Assembly (NCBI GenBank): GCA_044347565.1
Contig: JBIKUN010000004.1
Span: 1,295 to 65,294, forward strand
Source: Vicinamibacterales bacterium
GTDB taxonomy: Bacteria; Acidobacteriota; Vicinamibacteria; Vicinamibacterales; UBA2999
Reading direction: 5' to 3'
DNA: 64,000 nt
A model generated the notes under the pieces. That model had not been told where the DNA came from, searched no databases, and was given only the letters and a program-made list of their open reading frames with translations. Below, one piece after another: positions 19,520 to 29,022 of this stretch. Every line of letters starts with the position of its first letter. The first letter of the stretch is position 1. A program made the position numbers and the translations under genes.

Positions 19520-21031
19520 CTAGAAGAGTTCACGAACGGTGACCACGGTGCTACCAGACGGCAGACTCACGAGCGTGCCGTCATTGGACACGGTGATGGG
19601 GCCGCGATAGAGCGACGGGGCGTCGCCAAGGAACGCGGCGTTCAGGAACGCGAGCCTGAGCGGCGGAATCGTGTGGTAGAAGACGAGGTGCCTGACGCCG
19701 GCCCGTGCGGCCAGACGCGCCGCGTCTTCCGGCGTCGTGTGGTACGAAGGAATGTCGGCCATAATTCTGGCGGCGCCGATGCGCTGGTTGCGGGCCATCG
19801 CCTCGCCGACAATGCCGACCATCGACGTCTGCAGCCCTTCGTGCAGCAGGACGTCCACGCCACGCGCCTGCTGTTCGAGCACGCGTGACGGCGCCGTGTC
19901 GCCGCTCACGACGACGGAGCGACCCTTGTAGTCGAAGCGGTATCCCAGCGCCGGCGATACCGGCGTGTGCACCACGGGAAACGCGCGGATGGTCAGACCG
20001 TCCTGTTCGAGCACGACCTGCGCGACCTCGGCCCCCTCGACGAACGGAATCGTGCGGGCGGTTCCGCCCGCGCCGCCCGGCGGCACCACTTCGGCGCCAT
20101 GGTGCGCCACGCGGTAGCCGGTATCGAGTCGGTAGGCGGCATTGAAGCCGTTCACGACGACGTCCACACCCGGCGGCCCATAGACGGGCGTCTGGTCGTG
20201 ATGGCTGCCGCCCGCCCACCGCTGCAGCAGCAGTTCGCCCAGCCCGCCGATGTGATCGGAGTGGAAATGTGTCAGCAGGACGGCATCCACGCGCGACGGC
20301 GGCAATCCCATCAGCGCCAGCTTGCGTGGCGAGCCTTCGCCGACGTCCACGATGTAGACCTGGCGACCGGCCACGACGAACACACAGGGCCCGGCGCGAC
20401 TGGCGTCGGCGAGCGGCGCGCCCGAACCACAGAGGCCCGCGTGCAGGCCATCCGGCAGGGCCTCGAACCACGACTGCGCCTTCAGCCCGCTCTCGACGGC
20501 GCGGCCGACCAGCCACAGACCGAGCGGGCGCTGGAACGCGTAGACCAGGCCGAGACCTGATGCGACAACGAGCGCCGTCGCAAGACCCACCCGCGCCCAC
20601 ACTTGCGTACTCGCTCGCGAGCTGCCCGCCCCGGCTTCGCGGCGCCGCCTCATCATGATGGACAGCAGCAACACCACCAGCACCGCCAGCTCGATCGCCA
20701 TCGGACGGAGGCTGGACGGCGAAGCGCCATCGAACACGAGGCTCACCAGGCGGCCACACAGCACCAGGCCCAGAAGCATGGCCGGCACCGCCAGCCAGCG
20801 GGTCACGTTGATGATGGCCCCCGCCAGGGTGAACACGGCGAGGCCGAGAAACAGCGCGCCGAAGTCACCGCGCACCGAGTTGTAGCCGGCATTCCCCATC
20901 GGGTGGAGCGCAAAGAGCTCAGCCAGCCGCCACGGCGCGGCCATGGCGGTGACGCCGATGATGAGGAACAGCGCCCCCGAGAGCGCCGTCAACGCTCGCA
21001 GAACGACCGGCACGACAGACGTGTCTTTCAT
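19520..21031 (-). CDS. Membrane-anchored MBL-fold metallo-hydrolase (RNase Z / beta-lactamase-like)
   Basis: ATG at 21031 (MKDTSVVPVVLRALTALSGALFLIIG...) is followed by about 5 TM helices and then the MBL motif LLTHFHSDHIGG. The upstream 202 codons of the track ORF are antisense to the MFS gene. Confidence 0.8.
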   Translation of the reverse strand: MKDTSVVPVVLRALTALSGALFLIIGVTAMAAPWRLAELFALHPMGNAGYNSVRGDFGALFLGLAVFTLAGAIINVTRWLAVPAMLLGLVLCGRLVSLVFDGASPSSLRPMAIELAVLVVLLLSIMMRRRREAGAGSSRASTQVWARVGLATALVVASGLGLVYAFQRPLGLWLVGRAVESGLKAQSWFEALPDGLHAGLCGSGAPLADASRAGPCVFVVAGRQVYIVDVGEGSPRKLALMGLPPSRVDAVLLTHFHSDHIGGLGELLLQRWAGGSHHDQTPVYGPPGVDVVVNGFNAAYRLDTGYRVAHHGAEVVPPGGAGGTARTIPFVEGAEVAQVVLEQDGLTIRAFPVVHTPVSPALGYRFDYKGRSVVVSGDTAPSRVLEQQARGVDVLLHEGLQTSMVGIVGEAMARNQRIGAARIMADIPSYHTTPEDAARLAARAGVRHLVFYHTIPPLRLAFLNAAFLGDAPSLYRGPITVSNDGTLVSLPSGSTVVTVRELF

Positions 21032-21185
21032 GCTTACGCCTTTCTGGCGACCACTTCCATCAGCGTCAGGCCCCGCCACTGTGCACGACAGGCTGCTGAC
21101 TCTATCAACTCCCGGTCCGCCCAGGGGGCCATGGCCGCCGTTTAGATATTGGACAGACATCGCAGAAGAGAGAGACGATCGGCCG

Positions 21186-22400
21186 ATGTCGAACGCGCCA
21201 GCGATGGCCAGCCAGGACGTGGACCTGAGGCTGTCGCACGGGACCCAGGCCTTTGTGCACGCGAACGCCGCGCTGTTCGCCGCGGGCTTTGCCACGTTCG
21301 TGCTCCTGTACGCCGTGCAGCCGCTCATGCCCACCTTCGCCGCGAGCTTCGGCGTGAGCGCGGCCGTGGCCAGTCTGTCGCTGTCGCTGACGACCGGCGT
21401 GCTGGCGGGCTCGCTGCTCATCGCCGGCGCGGCGTCGGAAGCCTGGAGCCGGAAGGGCATGCTGGTGGCGTCACTCGCTGCCGCGTCGGTCCTGACCCTG
21501 ACGAGCGCGGTCTCGCCCTCGTGGGGAGTGTTCCTGGCGTCGCGGGCGCTCCTGGGTCTCGCGCTCAGTGGTGTGCCGGCCACTGCGATGGCATACCTGG
21601 GCGAAGAAATGCGTCCGCGGTCACTGGCGCTGGCCATGGGCCTCTATGTGAGCGGCACAGGACTCGGCGGCCTGGCGGGACGTCTGCTGGCCGGCGCCGT
21701 CACGGACCTCAGCGGCTGGCGGTCGGCCCTCGCGCTTACGGGACTCATCGGGCTCGCCTGCGCGGCGCTGGTGTGGCGCTTCCTGCCGGCGTCGCGTCGA
21801 TTCGTCAGGCAGACACCTGACGTGCGCGGCGCCGTCCGCGGCTATGCCGCGCACCTGCGCCGGCCTCCGCTGCCGTGGCTCTGTGCCGAAGGCTTTCTCG
21901 TGATGGGCAGCTTCGTCACGATGTTCAACTACATCGGCTTCCGGCTCATGGCGCCGCCGTACGATCTCAGCCAGACGCAGATCGCCTCGCTGTGCCTGGT
22001 CTACGTGTTCGGCATCGCGGCGTCCACGGTCATGGGCGCGCTCACGGCTCGGTTGGGCCGGCATCGCCTGCTGCTCGTCTCGCTGCTCGCCATGCTCGGC
22101 GGCACGCTGCTCACCGGCGCCAACGCGCTGTGGCTCGTGCTCGCGGGGCTGTCGCTCCTCGCGGTGGGCTTCTTCGCGTCCCACTCGGTCGTGAGCGCGT
22201 GGGTCGGGGCAACGTCGAGCGACGCGCGGGCGCAGGCGTCGGCGCTCTACCTGTGCGCCTACTACGTGGGGGCGAGTGTTGTGGGCACACTGGGTGGACG
22301 CGTCTGGGCCGCCGGCGGGTGGCCCGGCGTGACCGCACTTACGAGCACGCTGCTCGTGGCCGGTGTGGCCATCGCGTGGCGACTGAGACCCTCATGCTGA
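21186..22400 (+). CDS. MFS transporter (12-TM)
   Basis: ATG at 21186 (MSNAPAMASQDV...). Hydrophobic repeats run throughout, and a motif-A-like loop is present (GRLLAGAVTDLSGWR). Confidence 0.85.
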   Translation: MSNAPAMASQDVDLRLSHGTQAFVHANAALFAAGFATFVLLYAVQPLMPTFAASFGVSAAVASLSLSLTTGVLAGSLLIAGAASEAWSRKGMLVASLAAASVLTLTSAVSPSWGVFLASRALLGLALSGVPATAMAYLGEEMRPRSLALAMGLYVSGTGLGGLAGRLLAGAVTDLSGWRSALALTGLIGLACAALVWRFLPASRRFVRQTPDVRGAVRGYAAHLRRPPLPWLCAEGFLVMGSFVTMFNYIGFRLMAPPYDLSQTQIASLCLVYVFGIAASTVMGALTARLGRHRLLLVSLLAMLGGTLLTGANALWLVLAGLSLLAVGFFASHSVVSAWVGATSSDARAQASALYLCAYYVGASVVGTLGGRVWAAGGWPGVTALTSTLLVAGVAIAWRLRPSC

Positions 22401-23353
22401 CCTTCTCCGATATCCTCGCCGCCAGAGCGCGGCTGGCCCCCTTCGTCCCGACGACACCACTGCGTAACTACGCCAGCCTGGACCAGGCCGTGGGCTCGAG
22501 CATCACCGTATTCGTGAAACACGAGAACCACCTGCCCACCAACTCGTTCAAGTACCGCAACGGCCTGGCGGCGATGACGGCGCTCACTCCGGAAGAACGC
22601 GCCCGCGGCGTGATTGCCACGACCCTCGGCAACCACGGCCAGGGCGTGGCGGTGGCGGCGAGGATGCTGGGCGTGAAGGCGAAGATCTTCGTGCCTCTCC
22701 GCAACAACCCCGACAAGAACGCGGCGATTCGCGACTTCGGCGCCGAGCTGGTCGAGGTGGGCGACGACTACAGCCAGACCATCCTGGCGGCGGAACAGGC
22801 CGTGGCTGAGACCGGCATGGTGTTCCTGCACTCGTTCACGAACCCCACGGTGGTGGCCGGGGCCGGCACCGTGGCCCTCGAGATGCTCGAGCAGCAGCCG
22901 GATCTCGACGCGCTCGTGCTGTGCGTCGGCGGTGGCTCACACGCCGTCGGCGCCATCCTGGTCGCGCAGGCGCTCAAGCCCACGCTGCAGATCTACGGCG
23001 TGCAGGCATCCGGCGCGCCGGCCGTGCACGACTCGTGGCATGCCGGCACCATCCTGAGCGCCAGGGCCGAGACCTTTGCCGATGGCATCCGCGTGACGGC
23101 GCCAGCCGGATTCGGCTTCACGGTCATGCAGAACGGGCTGTCGGGCTTCGTCACCGTCAGCGAGCGTGCGATTGGGCGCGCGCTGCAGACCTATCTGCGG
23201 TGCACGCACAATCTGAGCGAGGGCGCGGGCGCGGCTGGATTGGCCGGCCTGTGCGAACTGGCACCGCGGCTCGCGGGCAAGCGGGTGGGGCTCGTGCTGA
23301 CGGGCAGCAACATCGACCGCGCGACCTTGATGCGCGTGCTGGCCGACGCGTAG
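22394..23353 (+). CDS. PLP-dependent (PALP fold type II) threonine/serine dehydratase-family enzyme
   Basis: ATG 22394 overlaps the MFS stop (ATGCTGA). The sequence has HENHLPTNSFKYRNG (PLP-lysine motif) and GNHGQGVAVAA. Confidence 0.8.
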   Translation: MLTFSDILAARARLAPFVPTTPLRNYASLDQAVGSSITVFVKHENHLPTNSFKYRNGLAAMTALTPEERARGVIATTLGNHGQGVAVAARMLGVKAKIFVPLRNNPDKNAAIRDFGAELVEVGDDYSQTILAAEQAVAETGMVFLHSFTNPTVVAGAGTVALEMLEQQPDLDALVLCVGGGSHAVGAILVAQALKPTLQIYGVQASGAPAVHDSWHAGTILSARAETFADGIRVTAPAGFGFTVMQNGLSGFVTVSERAIGRALQTYLRCTHNLSEGAGAAGLAGLCELAPRLAGKRVGLVLTGSNIDRATLMRVLADA

Positions 23354-23362
23354 TTCCACGGG

Positions 23363-23387
23363 ACCACCGAGACGGCCTGCCGGTGGT
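23363..23387. terminator. Hairpin between convergent genes (ACCACCG-11 nt-CGGTGGT)
   Basis: A 7-bp stem in the 47-nt convergent spacer. There is no clear U-tract. Confidence 0.3.
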
Positions 23388-23400
23388 GGCCCGGCGGAGG

Positions 23401-23817
23401 TTACTCCTCCTCGTTCATGAGCGCACGAGGGGCTCGCAGGACCTTGAGGTATTCCACCAACGCCCACACCTGCGCCTTCTCGAGGCGGCCCTCGAACGCC
23501 GGCATGTCTTCCTTGGGCCCCTTCCCGTACGACACGCGGCCCTTCCAGATCTTGTAGAAGAGCACACCTTCGGTGTTGAGTTCGATGCGCAGGTCGTCGG
23601 TGAGATCGGCGGCATAGGACGACTCAGGGCCACCGCCTTTCCCTTGCGGCCCGTGGCAGCGCGCGCAGTTGGCAGCGAAGAGATCTCGGCCCCGGGCGAT
23701 CGTCGTCGCGTTGGCGGTGAGCGGACTCTTTTCGTCCACACCGCCAGGCGGCACCCACCATCCGGGATACTGTGCAGCGGCCACGAGCGCGGCGCAGAGC
23801 AGGAGCGGCGCTCTCAT
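23401..23817 (-). CDS. Small exported class-I c-type cytochrome
   Basis: MRAPLLLCAALVAAAQ is a signal peptide. The haem motif is CARCH, with a distal DMPAF Met region. Confidence 0.8.
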   Translation of the reverse strand: MRAPLLLCAALVAAAQYPGWWVPPGGVDEKSPLTANATTIARGRDLFAANCARCHGPQGKGGGPESSYAADLTDDLRIELNTEGVLFYKIWKGRVSYGKGPKEDMPAFEGRLEKAQVWALVEYLKVLRAPRALMNEEE

Positions 23818-24050
23818 GGCACGACCGTGGGCGAGCACCGCGCGGCATGCGCGGGTGCGGCCGACAGAGAGAACCGCCGGTAGCTCATCGACATGGCTCG
23901 GCCGCGGATCGTACTTCAGAACCGCGCGGGGCCTTCACATCGCCCGCCCGCGACTAGGCGGCAGGAGCCGTGACGCCATAGGTCGCGTCCTCGCAAGCCG
24001 CTAGAACCGCTCGAAAGCCGAGCTGGACGCACGTACGGCGCACGTGGCGC

Positions 24051-24069
24051 CATATACGAATTGTATATG
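24051..24069. promoter_or_regulatory. Candidate VapB operator: CATATAC-gaatt-GTATATG inverted repeat
   Basis: Perfect 7-nt arms in an A/T-rich patch 28 nt upstream of the vapB ATG. Confidence 0.45.
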
Positions 24070-24096
24070 GCATACTGGCTTCGGGAGGTACACGAC

Positions 24097-24324
24097 ATGT
24101 CACGAACCGCGAAGGTCTTCATGACCAACCGCAGCCAGGCCGTGCGACTGCCGAAGGAGTTTCAGTTCGCCACGGACGAGGTCCTCATCCGCAAGGTCGG
24201 CAACGACGTCATCCTCTCCCCTCGCCCGCGCGACTGGAAGACGTACCTGGCGTCCGCACCCGTGGCATCGGCGACCTTCATGGCCGACGTTGAGGACCTG
24301 CCCGTTCAGGAACGAGACCTGTGA
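24097..24324 (+). CDS. vapB: AbrB/SpoVT-fold antitoxin VapB
   Basis: GGAGG lies 8 nt upstream of ATG 24097. MSRTAKVFMTNRSQAVRLPKEFQF is the typical VagC/VapB N-terminus. The stop overlaps the vapC ATG (TGATG). Confidence 0.8.
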   Translation: MSRTAKVFMTNRSQAVRLPKEFQFATDEVLIRKVGNDVILSPRPRDWKTYLASAPVASATFMADVEDLPVQERDL

Positions 24325-24746
24325 TGCCTCGCTTCATGCTGGACACGGACACGTGCTCCTACATCATGAAGCGCTCGCATCCGCTGGTGTTGAAGCGGCT
24401 GCAGACCTTCTCGGTCGACGACGTCTGCATGTCCGTGATCACGAAGGCTGAATTACTCTACGGTGTCGAGCTGTCAACGCGCCGCGCGCATGACGCCGCC
24501 GCTCTGGCGGCGTTTCTCCCCTATGTCGAGGCGGTGGATCTCGACGAGGGCGCCGCGCTCCACTACGCGGAGATCCGGGCGGACCTGAAGCGCCGGGGCG
24601 TCATGATTGGCGCCAACGACCTGTTCATCGCCGCGCACGCGAGAGCTCTGGGACACACGCTGGTCACGAACAACACGGCGGAGTTCGAGCGGGTGCGCGA
24701 CTTGAAGCTCGAGAACTGGACGCTGCCGGCGCGGCGTTCACGCTGA
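24324..24746 (+). CDS. vapC: PIN-domain toxin VapC
   Basis: MPRFMLDTDTCSYIMK...NDLFIAAHARALGHTLVTNNTAEFERV shows the PIN acidic residues and the characteristic C-terminus. Confidence 0.85.
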   Translation: MPRFMLDTDTCSYIMKRSHPLVLKRLQTFSVDDVCMSVITKAELLYGVELSTRRAHDAAALAAFLPYVEAVDLDEGAALHYAEIRADLKRRGVMIGANDLFIAAHARALGHTLVTNNTAEFERVRDLKLENWTLPARRSR

Positions 24747-24833
24747 ACACTCTGTCGAAGAGCGTCGCAAGATTCCCGGCGCAGCTGGCGTCTTTGTGGG
24801 TATGCGGCCAGAGCCGTCCCGCCGGAGGTGTGA

Positions 24834-24856
24834 GTTGGCGGAGAGGGTGGGATTCG
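24834..24856. repeat. Orphan 23-nt copy of the tRNA-Ser(CGA) 3' end (att-like)
   Basis: Identical to 29068-29090 and diverges immediately after (gTTccc versus gAAccc). Confidence 0.8.
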
Positions 24857-24938
24857 TTCCCGAGGAACCCGCAATCCTCGAGGGTTTAGGCCAGATCGGA
24901 ACCGCCCGAACCCGCCAGAACCTCTAAAAACCTGAGTA

Positions 24939-24960
24939 TCAGGTACAAAACAGGGACAGC
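24939..24960. repeat. Direct repeat TCAGGTACAAAACAGG(G/T)ACAGC, copy 1 (copy 2 at 29001-29022)
   Basis: 21/22 identical. AACCCGCCA also occurs upstream of both copies (24909-24917 and 28981-28989), with a 10-nt spacing difference. Confidence 0.75.
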
Positions 24961-24974
24961 GCAATCCGTGCCCT

Positions 24975-26420
24975 TTAGCGTTTGCGCCGCACTCGTCGCA
25001 GCACTGCGGCGAGCCTTCGCGTGGCATCGGGCAGCTGCGCGACGGACGCGGCCCCATAACCGAGCACGAGCGCCGGAGGGCGCCGACGGCGGCCGAAGTC
25101 GCGCAGCCCGCGTACGTCGAGACGCGCGGCGCGGGCCGCCCCCACGGCCTCGGCCTCGTCGATGCCCTGTGCCAGCCACGCCACCACATGTAACCCGGCG
25201 GCTGGCGCCAGCACGGTCACCAGATCGCGGGCCTCGGTCTCGAGCGCGTGCAGCAGGGCCGTCCGCCGCTCGGCGTAGCTCGCACGCATGCGCCGCAGAT
25301 GGCGCGCGACGTGGCCATTGGCGATCGCGTCAGCGAGCACGGCCTGATCGAGGAGCGAGGCGTGCCGATCGCCATCGGCCTGCATGCGCAGGACAGCATC
25401 CAGCGCGCGCGGCGGTGCCACCACGTAGGCAATGCGGATGGCGGGCAGCAGCAGCTTGCTGAACGTGCCGATGTACAGGACCCGCTCATGACGGTCGAGC
25501 CCCTGGAGCGCGGCCAGCGGCGGGCCGTCGTGGCGGAACTCCGTGTCGTAGTCGTCTTCGAACACCCAACGGTCGCCCGCGGCCGCCCACTCGAGCAGCT
25601 GTAGCCGTCGCGCGAGTGTCATCGTGAGGCCCAGCGGAAACTGGTGCGACGGCGTGACGTATGCCCCCCGCGCCCGCGGCCACCGCATTCTGCCCTGTGC
25701 CACGTCGAGTCCGCTGGCGTCGACGTCCACCGGGCAGACACGCAGGCCTTCCGCAGACAGCAGGCGAGCTGCTGGCGTGTAGCCGGGGTCTTCCGTCCAC
25801 ACCTGATCCCGCGCCTGCAGCACCGCCTGCGCAGCGATCGCCAGCGCCGACCGCACTCCGGGGGCAATCACCACCTGCTCCCAGGTGCACGTCACCGCGC
25901 GCGTGTGGCGGAGGTGCTGCGCCAGGGCTGCCCGCAGGGGACGATAGCCCCCGGGACTGCCGTAGCCGAGCAGCGTGGGCGAGGCGGTTCGCCAACGACG
26001 ACGTGTGAGGCGCCCCCACAGATCGAGTGGGAAGTCATCGACGGCCGGCAGGCCGAGCGTGAACGCCCCGGGCCGGGTGGCAGGAGGGGCGGCTGGCACC
26101 GTGGTCGTGTCGGCGCGACCGCTCGACGCGGGCACCGTGGCAACGACTCGACAGCCCGAGCCGCGCCGACACTGGATCAGTCCGTCGAGCGCCAGGCGAT
26201 CGAGCGCGACGAGCACCGTGTTGCGTGCGACACCCAGCGAGCTCGCGAGAGTGCGGGTGGCGGGCAGCCGGGCGCCGACCGGCACGCGCCCAGACAGGAC
26301 GAGGGTGCGGAGAGCCGAGTAGGCCTGCTGGCCACGTCGCGGAGTTCCGGGCGCCATCGAAACGGTGGGCAGCACGACCAACGGGTGAGTGCGTCTGGGC
26401 GCTGGCATACGGTGGCTCAA
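24975..26420 (-). CDS. MocR-type regulator (GntR wHTH fused to a fold-type-I aminotransferase-like domain); start uncertain (26420 TTG, 26408 ATG or 26357 ATG)
   Basis: The HTH is LPATRTLASSLGVARNTVLVALDRLALDGLI, followed by a long AAT-like domain (YIGTFSKLLLPAIRIAYVV with the PLP lysine). Confidence 0.85.
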   Translation of the reverse strand: MSHRMPAPRRTHPLVVLPTVSMAPGTPRRGQQAYSALRTLVLSGRVPVGARLPATRTLASSLGVARNTVLVALDRLALDGLIQCRRGSGCRVVATVPASSGRADTTTVPAAPPATRPGAFTLGLPAVDDFPLDLWGRLTRRRWRTASPTLLGYGSPGGYRPLRAALAQHLRHTRAVTCTWEQVVIAPGVRSALAIAAQAVLQARDQVWTEDPGYTPAARLLSAEGLRVCPVDVDASGLDVAQGRMRWPRARGAYVTPSHQFPLGLTMTLARRLQLLEWAAAGDRWVFEDDYDTEFRHDGPPLAALQGLDRHERVLYIGTFSKLLLPAIRIAYVVAPPRALDAVLRMQADGDRHASLLDQAVLADAIANGHVARHLRRMRASYAERRTALLHALETEARDLVTVLAPAAGLHVVAWLAQGIDEAEAVGAARAARLDVRGLRDFGRRRRPPALVLGYGAASVAQLPDATRRLAAVLRRVRRKR

Positions 26421-26433
26421 GAAAATTGACTAA

Positions 26434-26458
26434 AAGTGGCCTACCGGATACGCCACTT
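26434..26458. promoter_or_regulatory. Inverted repeat AAGTGGC-11 nt-GCCACTT in the MocR/TauE divergent region, next to TTGACT (26426-26431)
   Basis: Read directly. This is a candidate MocR operator, and its function is inferred only from position. Confidence 0.3.
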
Positions 26459-26477
26459 CCTCGGCCAGCATACCTCG

Positions 26478-27347
26478 ATGCCGGGCCCCGTCACCCTTCT
26501 GCTCGTCGGCATGGCGTTCGTGGCGCTGGCCTTTGCCATCACCTGGTGGCGGGCCTGGCGTGCCGATCGGCCCCCGCACGGCAGGCCGACGCCGTTGGTG
26601 CTCGGCTTCGGGGCCATCTCGCTGTTCTTCGATGCCCTCGGCATCGGCAATTTCGCGCCGACCACCGCGTTCTTCCGCGTGACCCGTCTGGTACGCGACG
26701 AGCTCATTCCCGGCACGCTCAACGTGGGCTCGGCGCTGCCGGTGGCCATCGAGGCGTTCGCGTTCATCGCCGCGATTCAGGTGGACCCGACCACTCTGCT
26801 GCTGCTGGTTCTGGCGGCCTTCGCCGGCTCACTCGCAGGGGCGACCGTCGTGTCGCAGATGCCGCGGCGCCCCATTCAGCTGGGCATGGGGATGGCGCTG
26901 CTCGTGGGCGCCTTCTTCATGGCGGCGACGAATCTCGGGTGGTTTCCCGGCGGCGGCGAGGCCTCCGGGTTCTCGGGAACCACGCTCGTCGCCGCCACCG
27001 CGTTCAGCGTCCTCGTGGGCGGTCTGAACGCTCTCGGCATCGGCAACTTCGCGCCGAGCCTACTGGCCTTCAGTCTCATGGGACTGAATCCGCGCTCGGC
27101 CTTCCCCATCATGATGGGCTCGGCCGCCTACATGCAGGCGGGGTGCGGCATGAGGTTCGTGACGACCGGGCGATTCGATGGCCGCGCGGCGCTGGGGCTC
27201 ACGATTGGCGGCATGCCGGGTGTCCTCGTCGGCGCCTACGTCGTCAAGTCGATGCCCCTCGACGTGATTCGCTGGCTGGTGGCTGGCGTGGTGCTGTACG
27301 TGGCCGTGTCGCTGCTGGCGGCGGCGCGGCGGCGCGAAGCCGCCTGA
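26478..27347 (+). CDS. TauE/SafE (TSUP) family anion exporter-type membrane protein
   Basis: A polytopic membrane protein with internal duplication and Gly-rich helices (GIGNFAPTTAFF / GIGNFAPSLLAF). An alternative GTG start lies at 26436. Confidence 0.8.
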   Translation: MPGPVTLLLVGMAFVALAFAITWWRAWRADRPPHGRPTPLVLGFGAISLFFDALGIGNFAPTTAFFRVTRLVRDELIPGTLNVGSALPVAIEAFAFIAAIQVDPTTLLLLVLAAFAGSLAGATVVSQMPRRPIQLGMGMALLVGAFFMAATNLGWFPGGGEASGFSGTTLVAATAFSVLVGGLNALGIGNFAPSLLAFSLMGLNPRSAFPIMMGSAAYMQAGCGMRFVTTGRFDGRAALGLTIGGMPGVLVGAYVVKSMPLDVIRWLVAGVVLYVAVSLLAAARRREAA

Positions 27348-27369
27348 TGACGACAAGGAGTGACTCCAG

Positions 27370-28074
27370 ATGACCAGTCCTGAACAACCCACCGCGTTTC
27401 CTGTCTCGCCGCGGACGCGAGCCCGGCGGCTGCCCGACCGCGTGAGCCACGTGAATGCGGACGTGTTCCGCATCCTCGATGCGGGCATGCTGTGTCATAT
27501 CGCCTACGTGATCGACGGCCAGCCGTTCTGCACGCCCACCCTGTACTGGCGTGTCGGTGACCGGCTCTACTGGCACGGATCGAGCGCCAGCCGGATGCTG
27601 CGAGCGCAACGCGACCGCGTGGCCGTCTGCCTGACCGTCTCGCACCTCGATGGTCTGGTGCTGGCACGTTGCGGATTCAATCACTCGGTGAACTACCGGG
27701 CCGCCATGTGCTTCGGGACCGCGGCGGCCGTCGAGGACCCAGACGAGAAGGCCCAGGCCCTGCACACCATGCTCGAGCGGTTCTACCCCGGGCGCGACAA
27801 CGTGCTGCGGCCGATGACCGCACAGGAGTTGAAAGCCACAGGCGTCGTCGGTATGACGATTGATGAGGCGAGCGCCAAGGTGCGGGCGAAGATGAACGCC
27901 GACGAGCCGGAAGACCTGTCCGTGCCGTTGTGGGCCGGCGTCGTGCCGGTCAGCGCGGTGATCGGGCCGTGGCAGCCTTGTCCTCACAACGTGCAGGAGG
28001 CGCGCGACGACGGCGTGACGCCGTATGCGCCCGGCCTGCGGCTCGACGAGGTGTTCGCCCGGCTGGCGCGCTGA
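27370..28074 (+). CDS. Pyridoxamine-5'-phosphate-oxidase-like FMN-binding split-barrel protein
   Basis: HIAYVIDGQPFCTPTLYWRVGDRLYWHGSSASRML...AMCFGTA is the typical Pyridox_ox_2 / flavin-nucleotide-binding pattern. Confidence 0.8.
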   Translation: MTSPEQPTAFPVSPRTRARRLPDRVSHVNADVFRILDAGMLCHIAYVIDGQPFCTPTLYWRVGDRLYWHGSSASRMLRAQRDRVAVCLTVSHLDGLVLARCGFNHSVNYRAAMCFGTAAAVEDPDEKAQALHTMLERFYPGRDNVLRPMTAQELKATGVVGMTIDEASAKVRAKMNADEPEDLSVPLWAGVVPVSAVIGPWQPCPHNVQEARDDGVTPYAPGLRLDEVFARLAR

Positions 28075-28098
28075 ACGGGCGGGCATCGGAGCCATCGC

Positions 28099-28719
28099 TC
28101 AGGGGCGATACGTCAGTGACAGCACCGCGTACGCCGTCGCCGCATCGCTCATGAACTTGCCCGTGTCCGACGCCGGATCGCGCTGCTTGTTGGGCGAGAT
28201 CGCCGTCCACCGGCCGCTCACGCGGTCCTGGGTACGGCGCAGATAGTCGACTCCTTTGGCCAGGCGTGGGTCCGAGGCCGGCACGCCCGCCGCCTGCAGC
28301 CCCAGCGTGGCCACGGCGGTGGCGTAGCCGTCGGTACGCGTGTCGCTCTCGCTGCCGTCGATCCGCTTGTAGCCTCCAAGGGCCACGGTGCTCCATCCGC
28401 CATCCGGTTGCTGAAGCGCGAACGCCCGGTCGATGGTGGCGCGACGTTGCTCGGCGGTGAGTAGGTCCGGCACGCGGCTGGCGGCCCAGAGACCATGCAA
28501 CTGGTTCATTACAGAGACTGTGCCGTGCTGCCGCTGGAAGTAGGCGCGGAGCGCCTTCAGGCCTTCGGCGATCTCCGGCGACGCGACATAACCGCCAGGC
28601 GCCGAGCCGATCGCCAGCGCCGTCATCGACGCGCCGAAGTACGGCGAGTTCGGCGACTCCCACGGGTCCATGCCGAAGTTCAGCCACGTCCAGGCGCCGA
28701 TCTCGGCGCCGGTCTTCAT
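28099..28719 (-). pseudogene. 5'-truncated paralog of gene 4539..5657 (C-terminal 206 codons only; signal peptide and CxxCH lost)
   Basis: Gap-free hand alignment to the C-terminal 206 aa of 4539..5657 gives 149/206 identities. An in-frame TGA lies 6 codons upstream of the first Met, and homology ends there. Confidence 0.7.
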
Positions 28720-29000
28720 CGGCAGTGTTGCCGCTCACTGACACCTGACAACCCCGCTCGGCGGCACACTGACCAGACTGCAGGCTAGTGCAGTCGCCCA
28801 TATGGCCGCATTCGGAGCCCTGAGACTTAGAGTAAGTGGTCAGTGCTCGGCGAGCAGAACCGCCCGGCTCTGGTCAACACTCCTCGAGCGACAACACACT
28901 GAGAACCAAGAGTTTGCAGCTGTGGCAGGAGCAGTAGCAAGGCGCGGCGTACGAGTGCCCCGCCTTGCAGGTGGGTGGAAAACCCGCCAACGTGGCGACT

Positions 29001-29022
29001 TCAGGTACAAAACAGGTACAGC
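29001..29022. repeat. Direct repeat TCAGGTACAAAACAGGTACAGC, copy 2
   Basis: See copy 1 at 24939-24960. This copy lies 45 nt from the tRNA-Ser 3' end. Confidence 0.75.

Noticed and set aside
24975-28074. MocR regulator + TauE permease + PNPOx-like flavoprotein, considered as a novel system
   Set aside because: A MocR-type regulator divergent from a small transporter/PLP-related operon is a common, already recognised arrangement. The interest lies in the islet context, not in the cargo itself.
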